64,000 nt of DNA from Eledone cirrhosa (GCA_964016885.1 OZ024744.1:75826001-75890000), one strand, 5' to 3'. Counted from the first letter of the stretch, positions 1 through 16,075 are shown. Notes: generated by a model from the letters alone, not told the origin. Made by a program: numbers and translations.

Positions 1-285
1 TGGATGTGGTGATGGTGGTGGCGACGGCGGTGATGATGTTGGTGGTGGTGGTCGTGGTTTTGGTGTTGTTGTTGGTTGTGGTGGTGGCGGTGGTAGTGGT
101 GGTGGTGGTGTTGTTTTTGGTGGTGGTGGTGGTGGTGGTGGTGGTGGTGTTAGGTTGGATTGCTAGTAACGGCCGGACACAGAAATATTTCTGAGAAAAT
201 CTGAAAGTCGATCTTAATTTTACCGCTCTACCCCCTCCCCACTCCTTCCACCATACCATTTCATCACGCATCACTGGTTGTAACA

Positions 286-381
<96 letters not shown>
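1..381. repeat. (GGT)n-like low-complexity tract (1-150) and (ACT)n microsatellite (~285-381)
   Basis: Directly visible trinucleotide repeats; the poly-Val ORF 6-194 is an artefact. Confidence 0.95.
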
Positions 382-382
<1 letters not shown>

Positions 383-384
383 GT

Positions 385-1030
385 GTTTCCCGTTTAGGAA
401 TACTTGTGCATCCTCAACAATGGAACTTCCGTCTTCCCTTCCAGATATGCGCTAACCTATTTGCTAGCACCTTAGTCAAAATCTTAAACCCTGTTTTGGG
501 CAGAAAGGCTGGGGACTATGGATAACTTTCAGAAATCTCTGGCTTGGCAGTGCTACCATAGGGTACTGATGGGTTGAGATAAACTCTATAAGCACGGAAC
601 TATGGTCAGATGGACTCGTCAGATATGCGCATAGAGTAACAAAACCATTCTTCATGCACTCATCCAGTGTGCGTGCATTACTGATTTGTGAAAGAAATTC
701 TCAATAATGTACCCATGTTCTCTTCTTTCCTCATCAGAACGAGGAATTATCCCGTTCTGCTGCCTGTTGCAGTAGGCAGCTGCGATGATGTATACGTATG
801 ATCCGTAGGATGAACCACCCAAACGGAGCATCGTGCGCCTCCTACAGCTGCCAAGGGCATCCAGTATTACATCTACTGTTATCGGCGTTTCACTGCAAGT
901 CCCATCTTCCGTCAAGAGTTGCTAGTAAGCCGCGATATAAGAAATACAGCGAGCCACCGACTCCATTCCTAAACACCGTTTGGCCTGATTAGTTTTACAA
1001 AGTACTGCTGGAAAACCACACAACAGTTTG
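385..1030 (-). mobile_element. Old degenerate Tx1/L1-like RT fragment
   Basis: Minus strand encodes AYCNRQQNGIIPRS and KILTKVLANR-like segments matching VYCNWQQNGRIPSS / KILAKVLAKR of the young Tx1 ORF2 copies. Confidence 0.6.
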
Positions 1031-1057
1031 GAATCAACAGCCAAAGAACGAATTAAT

Positions 1058-4000
1058 AGTTTCTTTATTAGTCACTAGGGGCTACACATAGGGATAATAC
1101 AACAGACAGGGACAGTGGGAGTTTACAATTAAATCGATTAAAAACAAATTAACAAAAGAATTACAACAATGAAAATTTGCCAATAGGAGGGAGTACCACA
1201 CAGGGGCGACTCAGGTACCCCACAAATCCTGAAAAACCCGACGCCCCAAGAGCACCCGAGGAGGTTTCCGCTCTCCTCTTCAAATCAGCCAGTCTACAGG
1301 AACATGGTCAGAGTAGGCTCTTTCATTCGGGCCATCCTCGAAATATTCATCCACCTTTTAATAAATGTACTGGGGAGCATCCTCCCATTCTTTCCAAGTG
1401 AAACTTGAAAAAGTTAATGAGGGATTGGTCGAAGAAAAAAGTGTGTCTTCAGACCTGTCAATCTCGTCCACCACATAACCTCTTTCGCTACCGCCACCAG
1501 GCAGAGGAAAACTGCCTGTCCTCCCCGGCCAAGAGAAGGCAGCGGAGTGATCTTCACGGTGGAGCCGGTCGCTAGCCAGATGCGCCTTACAAGCGATAAC
1601 AGCTGTTCGTCAAAACTTCGCAAATCAGTATTGTACGCATACTAGACGAGTGCGTGTAGATCGGTTTTGTTGCTCTATGTGCATATTTGACAAGTCTGAC
1701 CACACTTCCGTGCTTATAGAGTTTATTTGAAACTGGCAGCACTGCTAAGCGAGGGATTTCTAGAAGTTGCCCATAATCCTCAGCTCGAAAGTTCTCCAGA
1801 AAAGACTGTTAAACTCGATTTTGTCGACGCCTTGAGCCTCCCCGAGTGTGTCGTCGCACTTGCCCACCACTAATCCTCTACAGAATTCTAGAGCGGAAGT
1901 TTCACTGACTGCATTACTCGACATGTAGAGGGATGTAGACGCTAGACCAAATTCCAGATGTTAAACGCCTAATCCCGGTTTTCGCTTATCCCGCCGCGAC
2001 TGCAGCTCAGTCAAATAGACGATCTTCGGAAAGTCCTGTCTCACAAACAGTGACCACATCTGTTCACCGTTTAGGCAGAATATCTGGAGAAGCAGCAGCC
2101 TCAGTGCACGTTTGCCCATCATTAGCCACGACATGCACCGACCTCCGCCCTCCTTTCAGAAGAAATTGAAAAGCAGAGGCACAAATTTAGTGAGATCTGA
2201 ATGGGGACAAGGCAGGACATTCTAGTGGGAATAGATGACGGATGCAATGTACGCGTTCACCACCTCCACCCGATCTTTAAGGGATAGCTTCATCTCAGCC
2301 CATATCTGTATAGAAGTGGTAACTCTGCTCGTTATCTTGTCTCTGTTTTTTATCAGCCTGGAGCTCATGACCAAACTAGACACTGAGCAACTTCACCGAT
2401 CCGGCCAGAGTCCGACGATGATTTTGAACGGAATGAATTTGCCTATCCAGGTGCCGAAGTGCAAACCCACTGACATTTTCGGTACGTACAGAAGGGAGAA
2501 GAGAGGGCATCCTCGACGGACAGGGTGTGTGACATGGAACGGTTCCGATAGGCGACCGTTGACTTTGATCACCGAGCAGATGCCGCTGTCTGTTGCTGCG
2601 ATCCAGCCTCTGAAGATGGAATCGAAGCCGGCCCTTTTGAAAGCTTCAATTGATGTAAATTGATCAGAGCCACACCGAAACGAGGTTTACACCATATACA
2701 CTCTATGAAATGGAGCTTGTCGTGTATGGACCTGGTCGGAGTTGCACTCGTCTGTGCCTCCCCCACCAGGCTCTCGACGACAAATGCCAACCTCATTGCT
2801 AGCACCATGGCCAAAATCTTAAACTCTGTGTTTAGCAGAGTTATGGGCCTGAAGTTATCTAAAATGTTCCTTTGATCTTGTCTTTCCTCATCGGCGTTAC
2901 TACGCCCCGACTCATGGAACAGGAAATACTCCAGTTCTGCTGCCAGTTGCAGTAAACCGCTTCGAGGAGATCGGAGAACAAACCTGGCATGTCTTCTAGG
3001 ACATTGAACATGGCTGGCATGTATTCGTAAAGCTCGTAGAGCAGACCATCCAAACCGGGTGATTTACGCCTCATTCAGTTAACCATCCTCTTCTGAAGCT
3101 CGGCTTTTCGCAACAATTCGATTCAGTCCCTGAGAGTTGCTGCAGGCCCTCAAGATGGAACTTGAAGTCCGCCACCGTCTTTAACACCCCACTCTCCTCG
3201 AGCAGTCTTGTAAAGTGCTGGCAAAAAGCTGCACATACATACTTTAAATCGACCAGCTCACGCCCGTCTTGGTCCGTCAAAGGCGGAATTGTGGCTTTCT
3301 TGCCACGCTGCGCCTCATCCACTCGAGCCCATTGAACAGACTTCGTTCTTTCGTTTCTTAGAACACGTGCCATAGCTCTAAAAATGAACCCTTCATGTTT
3401 CGCATTGAAGAAATGGTCTAGTGCCGTTCTCGCAGCTAGCTTGTTGGTTTCAATGCTATTCCTAATCGTCTCATCTACTTTAGCTACCAACAACCCCTCC
3501 TTTCTATTTTTTTATTGCTACATTTTTACTAAATTCTAACCCTTCTACTCTAATTATGTCTCTTAAGAGCGCCCCACCATCTGTTGTTGATGACTGCCCC
3601 TGTCAACTTTCGCTTAACTAAAGTTCTAATACGGTCACTGTATATTTTACGCGCGGGGTACAACACGTTAAGCTTCCACTAACCGGGTCCCAGGCTATGC
3701 TTTTTATCTAGGTTGACCATGTAGATCACGAATTGTGGTTTGAATAGGCGATTGTTTGAAATTGTGGACATCCTATGCTAACCTAATACAATACCTATCA
3801 ATATACGATATATATATGATGCTATACGATTGGTCCATGTATACACTGGGGAATTTGGAAAATCTTATCAGTACTTGTCATCAAGTTTTTGAGGCTATTT
3901 CTACACATTCCCAGTATGCGTCCAAGATGCCGCTAACAGCAAGAGCGATTCGTCCCTAGAAAGACTTCTAGATGCCTGAATAAATTAGCCTGCCAAGCCC

Positions 4001-4390
4001 CAGTCTAAAGCCCCCTCTTCCTTATTGCTCACCTCCAGGACCACCAATTTATTGTCCGACTCCAGTGAGATTGTCTGTGCCTCGAATTCCAGGCCTTTCC
4101 TAAACAGCACTACCACCCTGCCTCCCATTCCAGGCCGACTAAGAGATGTGAAGATCTCAAAGCTGTCAAAATTAGGGGTTAGACGCGTGTGTCGGAAATC
4201 CTGGTCTCGCTGGCGACAGACATATCCATAACTAATAACCTGATGTCGTTCCGCAAGTGATTTTGCTTCCAGGACAACCCCAGTACACGAACGTTTATGC
4301 ATCTTACTCTTATAATAACCATGTTGACTGGTTAGTTTAAATATTTAGCGGGATAAAAGGAGGGGGGGGGGGCTACTTAAAGACCGGGTT
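1058..4390 (-). mobile_element. Degenerate Tx1/L1-clade LINE, ORF2 (APE-RT-Zn finger) pseudogene with 3' end near 1058
   Basis: Broken ORFs 3985-4302 (APE N-terminus), 3071-3493, 2859-3074 (KSPGLDGLLYELY), 2569-2814 (VGEAQT..IHD) and 1414-1623 are colinear with 26856-30208. The 3' end tttctttattag resembles the 26606 end. ATG at 4322 follows the same caacATG context. Confidence 0.85.
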
Positions 4391-4550
4391 CTATTGGAGA
4401 TCGGATAGTTCGACCTGCATATTGGTGGAGTTTCCTTGACAACTCCTTTAAATGTCTACGCATGGATTTTATGTTCGGGCTCCCACATGAAGCTGGAAGC
4501 CCCTCTCAACCCAATGGTTTTGTAGGCACCTAACGACATTCGTACCATCA

Positions 4551-4654
4551 TTCCGCCAAGGTTAACTTTGCCTCTCATCCTTAGGGGGTCGATAAAATAA
4601 AGTACCAGTAATGCACTGGGTAATTGTTGGCCTTGTGCCTAACGTAGAAACAAT
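4551..4654 (+). mobile_element. SINE family A, 3' half
   Basis: ccgccaaggttaactttgcc..ggggtcgataaaataaagtaccag..gtagaaacaatt matches the many other copies. Confidence 0.85.
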
Positions 4655-4969
4655 TAGTAATTCAGGTACTTTAAATGTGCTGGTGCTTAAAATCTTCCCC
4701 TCTTCCTCAATCTCTTTACTTCATGCTATGAAGACCATCAGTTTTTTGTGTTTTCTGGAGTGGGTGTTGCTGTCTAACAGAGAATGTTGTCTCACTTGTG
4801 AGTGTGAGTCTTTTTTTTTTTTAGTTTTGGAGGTTCTAGGTTATGTTTCTTCTTTTTTATCACTGGGAGATGAGGAGGTACATGTATCTGATAATGGTGA
4901 AGGTGCAAGTATGAAGCATTGGCATGCCCGAATGAGATGAACTCTGTCAATATTGGACACTGGGCAGAT

Positions 4970-5870
4970 AATGGCGTTATAGTCCAGGTGATTGAGGTCT
5001 GGTGAGCTAGGAGGCTGTGTCTATAAGAACGTTGTCATGGAGATTGTCACGCATCCATGCTTGAGTCGTTCTGGCGTTATGAGAGGGTGCAGAGCTTATT
5101 GGAAGACGAGCGGTCTTAATTTGCTTTCCCAGTCTATCCAGGGCTTCATACCTGTCTCCAAGACTTTGTAGACAGCAGTGTTGACTCTTAAGCCCCGAGA
5201 AAAAAAGGAAGAGGCACCCAGAACTATCACAGTCACTGGAAATTTGATGCGGATGACCTTTGGAACCTCTGCATTGCTATCTGTCGTTGTTTCGGGTTAC
5301 ATTTTGGTCCTGATCAAAGATTTTCTCATCAGAAAAGAACCAAAGCATTCCAGCTTCTTGGTGTTTTATCTTATTCAGTAAGCGCTTTGCACGGGCCAAA
5401 CGATTTTATTTTTTCACATCCGACATAAACTAGCCTCTCCGCATCACATGCGTCTTCTATCGGGTGTATTCATGGAAAACGCTTGTGATGATGCATTCTG
5501 AAACCTTAAGGTCATCTGCGATGGCTCTGATTGCTTTCCTGGGATTTTATTGATAATTTTTTAAACTTTGTTTACAAACTTAGGCGTTCTGATTGTATTA
5601 GGACCTTGTGCATGCATTTTCGATGTTGGATGTTGATGTTGGATCCCTGTCCGCAGCTTCCAGATCCTTTCTAACTTTGAAGAAGGAACCTATCACTGTA
5701 TCACTAAGCCGTGCTTTTAAAGTAACTATTACACCGTGCCTTTTCATTTGTTGAGTCAATTTAATGTCAGGCATCATTTATCTGAAAAATTAGATTTAAA
5801 AAGAAGCAAATTAGTAATAAGAAATGTAGAGCTCAAGAAAGAGGTGTCCTAAAAAATCTGACGCACCCCG
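4970..5870 (-). mobile_element. Tc1/mariner (DD37D/maT-like) DNA transposon relic, transposase pseudogene
   Basis: Minus-strand translation gives MPDIKLTQQMKRH (start 5774), LWFFSDEKIFDQDQNVTRNNDR, LVFQ..SAPSHNARTTQAWMRDNL and PPSSPDLNHLDY, with stops and frameshifts. Candidate left TIR cggggtgcgtcagatttt at ~5853-5870; no right TIR seen. Confidence 0.85.
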
Positions 5871-6007
5871 CATTCTTTATTATGGCCAAGTGATGAGCCT
5901 GGTTTCTCTGGAATTTCCCTTGTACACTTACAAGAACAACATACGTGCCCTGTCTGATGATCCTGTGAACACTTAGCCATAATAAAAAGATATTTAAACT
6001 CTACATT

Positions 6008-6250
6008 CTCTTCTTCTTCTTCTTCTTCTTCTTCTTCTTCTTCTTCTTCTTCTTCTTCTTCTTCTTCTTCTTCTTCTTCTTCTTCTTCTTCTTCTTCTTC
6101 TTCTTCTTCTTCTTCTTCTTCTTCTTCTTCTTCTTCTTCTTCTTCTTCTTCTTCTTCTTCTTCTTCTTCTTCTTCTTCTTCTTCTTCTTCTTCTTCTTCT
6201 TCTTCTTCTTGAGTGGGTCGTGGGGGCAGATTCCCTCCACGAAATTGCGA
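6008..6250 (-). repeat. (GAA)n tract (~200 bp) attached to a tiny RTE-like 3' end
   Basis: Pure TTC repeat 6008-6210. The adjacent minus-strand ctgcccccacgaccc resembles the RTE 3' end at ~38635 (ctgcccccatggtcc). Confidence 0.8.
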
Positions 6251-6689
6251 CAATATACACTTATCAAATTTGAAGGAAAAGTACCTAGAATTTAAACTTA
6301 ACGCTAAACTCTAAATCACTACCTAACGTAAGAAGGTATATTTCCAAAAGTCCACCCACCCCATTATCAGACACATGCACCTCTTCATCTCTCAGCGAGG
6401 AAAAAAAAAAGAAACACCCCTCCTCACCCTCCCCACCCCCTCTCAATCCCCCAAAACAAAAAAAAATCGTAAGTTATTTACAATAGTTCCTTCTGACGAA
6501 ACGAAGTAATACATACAGCAGCGATGGTAGTTCAAAGGAAATCGTCTAACTCGTCAGATCTAATCGCATGGAAATGTCAAAATCCAAACAAACAACAAAA
6601 CGAAATGAAGAGAGAAAAACAGAAAATAAAAGAACTGGTATCTTAATATTTAATGAAATCAATAATGAAATTGCACAATTAAAAATAAT

Positions 6690-7060
6690 CATTTCTACTT
6701 TTGGCACAAGGCCGGCAATTATCCCAGTGAATTACTGGTACTTTATTTTATCGACCTCGTAAGGATGAAAAGCAAAGTTAACCTCGGCGGGATTTGAACT
6801 CAGAATGGCAAGGGCCATACTCTTTGCTGCAAAGTATGGCGTCGGCGCTCTACCGATACTACCAATCCACCGCCCTAGAGTTTCTACTTTCGGCACAAGG
6901 CCAGCGAATACCCCAGAGCATCATTGGTACTCTATTTTATCGACCTCGTAAGGATGAAAGGCAAAGTTAACCTCGGCGGATTTGAACTCAGAATGTAAAG
7001 GGCCATAACTATGCTGCAAAGCATGGTGTCTTACGCTCTACTCATACTGCCAAACCACTT
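6690..7060 (-). mobile_element. SINE family A head-to-tail dimer with 16-bp TSD
   Basis: Two full copies; cacaattaaaaataat at 6674-6689 and 7061-7076. tRNA-like head with A box (tggcagtatcgg) and B box (gagttcaaatcc). Confidence 0.9.
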
Positions 7061-7360
7061 CACAATTAAAAATAATAAAGCTTGGGGTAATTTTTTAAAA
7101 TATATAATATAAAAAAAACTATTAAGAAGTTAAGCACCTGAAATCTAAGAACTCATGAAGTATGAGATCCTTGCAAAATCACAACTCATCGGATGAAAAA
7201 CGACAAAGCGCCTTTAAACTAGAGGTCCTCAAACTGGGCGCTATCGCCCCAGGGAGGGGGAGCGTTGAAAAGGTCCAGGTGGTGCCGAGGCCTAAGAGGG
7301 CGGTAGGGGTGGTAGAGATGATATAATAGTATATTAGATATCCAATGATACATACTATAT

Positions 7361-7548
7361 TGGTGGATTAGCAGTATCGGTTGAGGGTCGGACGCCATGC
7401 TTTGACGCATAGAGTTACGACTCTTGCCATTCTGAGTTCAAATCCCGCCAAGGTTAACTTTGCCTTTCATCCTTACGGGGTCGATAAAATAAAGTACCAG
7501 TAATGCACTGGGTAATTGCTGGCCTTGTGCCAAAAGTAGAAACAATTA
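7361..7548 (+). mobile_element. SINE family A, full copy
   Basis: A box, B box, core cctttcatccttacggggtcgataaaataaagtaccag, 3' end gtagaaacaatta. Confidence 0.9.
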
Positions 7549-7779
7549 TATATAAATATAGTAAAGCACCCACAGCAAATGGATTGAAGATCATTTTTTG
7601 AAGAATGGACAAAGAAGGATTCATCACGGATGAAAATGCTCAAAACTACGAACACGGCATCAAAATAATCCTATGTGGCCATGATAATAGATGTTGCTAA
7701 AATACTGCACAAAGCAGCAAACCTTAAAAGCACCATGAAATAGTAAAATTCCATACTTCTATATAAAATATTTAAAAGG

Positions 7780-8240
7780 GACACGTTGCTTGAAAAATGT
7801 TTAAAACACTTTCACGGAGACAACCACTAGCTGGTTTACAGTTGGAAAATAAAATCATTTTAATCCTCAAGATTTTATTTTAAATTGCAAACCCAAAGAT
7901 ATGCAGTCCTATAACATACCTATTTACAGCCCACGAAGCCTTAACTGTAATAATATCTCAGATCAAATAAGAATCTGTAAAGAAACTATTTGTTTCCAGA
8001 GGAGTAGTAAGTATGCTGCAAAGGAGTAAAATTCCTGATCAACAAATCCATAACGGAATACTATAGAAGAATGTAGGGTTCGAGCGTGGGATAGACTTAC
8101 TATCAGAAGGATTTTGACAGTGTTTGTCAAACATGGATGAAAGAAACTCAAGCCTAGAGTAAGCTATCAGCAGTAATAGAAAGATACATTAAACATGCCA
8201 TGAATAAATGGCATAACGGAAAACTATTAAAAAATAAACC
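7780..8240 (+). mobile_element. Highly degenerate Dong/R4-like RT fragment
   Basis: Frame-broken remnants: SPITYL, NYLFPEE, FLINKSITE, AW.D.YQKDFDSV, WMKET. These correspond to RPITCL / NLLPDEQ / QLLIDKMV / GWIDYRKAFDMV in the young Dong ORF. Confidence 0.55.
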
Positions 8241-8552
8241 TACACTGATAAGAAGAGAAATATAAAAAAAAAAAAAACTCCCTTTTTCTAATCCCTTACT
8301 TTCGGCAGCCAACACCTTTAACCAACATATTAATCCAGATTTGACCCATACACAAATGATATTCGAGGACAAATAAACCTTTGTTTGTATACAAATAACA
8401 TCACGTTGTCCACTGTAACTAATAAACTATTAGTTCAATGCACGAAATATTGTCAATGCTAATAAATACACATGTAGTCAATCTAAAATAAAGGAAAAAC
8501 TGTCTTAAAACCACTAGGAACTGTTACAGAAGTACAGCAGTACTGAACCAAA

Positions 8553-10366
8553 GCCACCTTCATCACCACCACCACCTTCATCATTATCACCACCTTCATC
8601 ACCATCATTACCATCACCACCTTCATCACCATCATCACCTTCATCACCATCATCACCTTCATCACCATCATCACTATCACCACCTTCATCACCATCATCA
8701 CCATCATCACCTTCATCACCATCATCACTATCACCACCTTCATCACCATCATCACCATCATCACCTTCATCACCATCATCACTATCACCACCTTCATCAC
8801 CATCATCACTTTCACCACCATCATCACCATCATCACCTTCATCACCATCATCACTATCATCACCATCATCAGCATCATCACTACTAAAAACAAGCAACAT
8901 CAATATCTCTTCTGATACCACCACCACCACCACCATCACCACCACTGCCACTACAACCACTACCACCACAATAACCAACACCAACACCAACACCACCAAC
9001 AACAACAACAACATCACCTCCAACACCAACATCACCAACACCACCAACACCACCACCAACAACACCAACATCACCACCACCACCACCACCACCAACACCA
9101 CCACCACCAACACCAATCCAACCACGACCACCAACAACAACACCACCACCACCACCACCACCACAACCACCACCACCACAACCACCACCAACACCACCAT
9201 CACTACCAACACTAACATCACCACCACCATCACAACCACCACCACCACCACCACCAACCACCACCACCAGCACTACAACCACCACCAACACCACCAACGG
9301 CACCACCACCAACAACACCACCATCAACACAACCACCACCACCACCAACACCACTACCACCACCAGCACCACCAACCACCACCACCAACACTACAACCAC
9401 CACCACCAACACCACCACCACCAACCACCAACCACCAACACTACAACCACCACCACCAACAACAACACCACCAATACCACCAACACCACCAACATCACTA
9501 CCACTACTACCACCACCAGCACCACCAACCACCACCACCAACACTACAACCACCACCAACACCACCAACAGCACCACCACCAACACCAACCACCAACACC
9601 AACACCAACCACCACCACCATCACTACCACCAACCACTACCACCAACACTACAACCACCACCACCAACACCAACAGCACCACCACCACCAACACCAACAA
9701 CACCACCACCACCATCACTACCACCAACCACTACCACCAACACTACAACCACCACCACCAACACCACCACCACCAACCACTACCACCAACACTACAACCA
9801 CCACCACCAACACCAACAACACCACCAACACCACCAACATCACTACCACCACCACCACCAACACCACCAACACCAACCACCAACACCAACACTACAACCA
9901 CCACCACCAACACCAACAGCACCAGCACCAACACCAACAACACCACCACCACCATCACTACCACCAACCACTACCACCAACACTACAACCACCACCACCA
10001 CCACCACCACCACCAACACCACCACCACCAACCACCAACCACCAACACTACAACCAACACCAACACTACAACCACCACCACCACCACCACCACCACCACC
10101 AACACCACCACCACCAACCACCACCACCAACACCACCACCACCAACCACCAACCACCAACACTACAACCAACACCAACACTACAACCACCACCACCAACA
10201 CCAACAACACCACCAACACCACCAACATCACTACCACCACCACCACCACCACCACCACCACCAACATCACTACCACCACCACCACCAACAACACCACCAA
10301 TACCACCAACACCACCAACATCACTACCACCACCACCACCACCACCACCACCACCACCACCACCAT
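8553..10366. repeat. Compound (CAT/CAC/CAA) triplet low-complexity array with higher-order units
   Basis: Recurrent caccttcatcaccatcat units (8553-8885) and ccaacactacaaccaccacc units (9230-10200). Confidence 0.9.
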
Positions 10367-10536
10367 CATTCCTTGTTTAACAATAATGATATCATTTCCA
10401 CCACTACCACCCATTTCATTATGAAGCGACCCCCATGTCTTTTCATGTTATTTGATCTCCACCGTAGTGGGAAGGTACGGGCGAGGGTCATGGGCTGGGT
10501 CTCACTCACTACATGACAGACAGATGTTATTCAAGT

Positions 10537-13040
<2,504 letters not shown>

Positions 13041-13705
13041 GAGTGCTAGGTTGTAATAAGTGGAAGTGGATGGAAAATGGTTAATTGTTCTAGGCTGTCT
13101 CCGTTGATTCTTTTTTAAAAGCCGAAATTAGTCGTTTAGTTTACATATTGAGTCCCCCCACCTCCACCCATCCTATTTATTTCATAACATATGGGATTTC
13201 TAGTAATGTACTTTATTGTTGTCGTGTACATGTATAATGTTTTTTTTAATGTATAAAGAAAATTAATTGTCGCAGGAATGCTACTACTTAAAATAAAATT
13301 TCGCCAGAAAAAGACTAGCAATAAGCAGAGGATGGAGAGAAATCTGAAAAATTAATAAACAGGCGGGGGGGGGGGGGGGGGGGCGATTATTCGAAACCTG
13401 AGAGGAGTACATTATCCGAAGTCTTTATTTATTTTTTTTTTTTTTATATGTGATTTGCTAGTGATTTGGCTGCTATTTCTTACAGGTCAAGCAACCACGT
13501 AGGTGCTCTCTCATTGTTTACACTTCTTATAGCTTCTCATCCGATTTTTCTCAACTGTTATTTATAAAGTACCAGTAATGCACTTGGTAATTTCTGGCCT
13601 TGTGCCTAAAGTAGAAACAGTTATTTATGGTGATCGACAATTAATACAGACATTTGCGTTCAGCTGGACACATTTCCAATGTCACTAGTACTTTTTAAGC
13701 CAACC

Positions 13706-13750
<45 letters not shown>

Positions 13751-14301
13751 TAATTGTTTATGTTTGTTTAATAACATCTAGTTGAGAGCGTTAATTCGGT
13801 TTGTGTAAAGGATATAAATCCTTTGTTCAAATTTTGAATTTGAGCACCAAAACCGGGGGTTACCTCCCTTCGGATAAACCACGTGACTACTGGCAGTGTT
13901 TACTACTAGTTCTTACAACCGGCGGCGGCAGAACGAATACTTGTTGACGAAATAAATTCCACTGTTCTATCTTCCAAAGACCTATTAACTTGTAGGCCCC
14001 TGCAAATGGATTTTGTTGATTTCGGATTTATAGAAAACTTGTAGAGATGTTATATAATATTATGTAATATATCCATGATGGTCCAGGTAATTGTCAAATA
14101 TTTCCCTGAGTCGGTTTTCTTTTCGTTGTTCTGGTCTTAGTGGCTCACATTTCGGTCGCTGTCTTCAATTTACATAGCTGTCTAAAAGTAATGTTATAAC
14201 TATAAGGTAAAATTCCTTATTGAGTGCTTTTGGCTGCACTTACCGACTGCATTCGTTAGCTTGCCCGCAACCAGAGCTTCGATTATGCTGTATTACCTTC
14301 T

Positions 14302-14373
<72 letters not shown>

Positions 14374-14379
<6 letters not shown>

Positions 14380-15376
14380 CTGAACAAAAAAGAAAAACGA
14401 ACACAGACATTTACATATATGTGTTCAAATCTTAATGGACCAGAATCGCTAAGGTGAAAAAAATACTAACTACAGACAATAGGGTTTGTAAGAATAAATC
14501 AAGAAAAATAAATACAAACCATAGTTGTGGTAACAACCGAACACCCGGACAGTTTTGATAAAAACTGTTTCGCAATATTATTTGTGAAAAGGATTACCAA
14601 AGTCCTAAGCTCACCAGCGGGTGAAGAAATTAGTAACCTGATCACTTCTAAATCTAATAAGAAACTGGATAATGTGTGTATATATAACGCACATGGTTCC
14701 CGAACTTAGCGTGTCTCGCACACTCACGCCACTAAAATAGCAGCCGAGTTTACTCGACATTTCGTTCTTTTTTGTTCAGTTATAATATACGGCTCGGAAA
14801 AGCCTCTTTCTTAGAGCTAATTTACTGTAAAGAGACTATCTTGAGTTTCTAACTCAATACATGCCTTGATATATTCGGCTCCGTTAATTCGTCGAGCTAA
14901 TTCAAATGGCGAGTATACTCGGCTGCTATTTTTAATGGCGTGAGTGTGCGAGACACGCTAAGTTCGAGAACCATGTGCGTTACATATACACACATTATCC
15001 AGTTTCTTATTAGATTTAGAAGTGATCAGGTTACTAATTTCTTCACCCGCTGGTGAGCTTAGGACTTTGGTAATCCTTTTCACAAATAATATTGTAAAAC
15101 TGTCCGGGTTTTCGGTTGTTACCACAACTATGGTTTATATTTATTTTTCTTAATTTATTCTTAAATTGAGTCTGGCAAACCCTATTGTCTGTAGTTAGTA
15201 TTTTGTTCACCTTAGCGATTTTGGTCCATTAAGATTTGAATACATATATGTATATGTCTGTGTTCGTTTTTCTTTTTTGTTCAGTTATACTATACGGCTC
15301 GGAAAAAACTCTTTCTTAGAGCTAATTTACTGAAATGAGACTATTTTGAGTTTATAACTCAATACATGCCTTGATA
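14374..15376. repeat. Inverted (~380-bp arms) plus direct (~110 bp) repeat structure between (TA)n tracts
   Basis: 14374-14756 is the reverse complement of ~14910-15289; 14762-14872 is repeated directly at ~15263-15376. Confidence 0.9.
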
Positions 15377-15412
15377 TATATATGTGTGTGTGTGTGTTTG
15401 TGTGTATATATA

Positions 15413-15481
<69 letters not shown>

Positions 15482-15487
15482 AAGGAC

Positions 15488-16075
15488 TGTAACTCTATAC
15501 CACGACACCATGCTTCGTGGCATAGATTTACGGCCCTTTACGTTCTGAGTTCAAATCTGACCGAGGTTAACTTTACCTTTCATCCTTACGGGATCGATAA
15601 AATAAAGTACCAGTAATGCACTAGGGTCGATTTAATTGCTGGCTTTGTGCCTATAGTGGAAATAATTATTATAAGATGTTATACGCACCAATCTGCAACA
15701 GATATCTCAACACATACGTAATCCATACAGAGGATTTTATAGTATGTCCATCACACCAAGTATGATTTATACAGCTCACCTTTTATACCGTCACGTTCGT
15801 AATGTATACTCTACGCAATCGCCACCAACAAACAACTCTCATAGTTCATATTCTACAGGTCCGAAAGTCTTGTCACCCCCTACCAAAAAGTAATTAAAAA
15901 CAGTTTAAGTTTCTATCGCAGTATCGTCCTCTTCAGAGGAGCTGGTTTGCTGAATCTTGCAGTGAAGTCATGTCGCACATCCTCCATGCTCTTGCCAGAA
16001 TGCACACGATCATATGTCCATACACTTGCAAGCAGCCTCTCTTCCAAACAGTAGGAGCTCTGAAATAGAAAATTA

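Noticed and set aside
15905-15942. Hammerhead-like ctgaaga..gaaac on the minus strand
   Set aside because: Stem II does not close and no stem I/III partners are evident.
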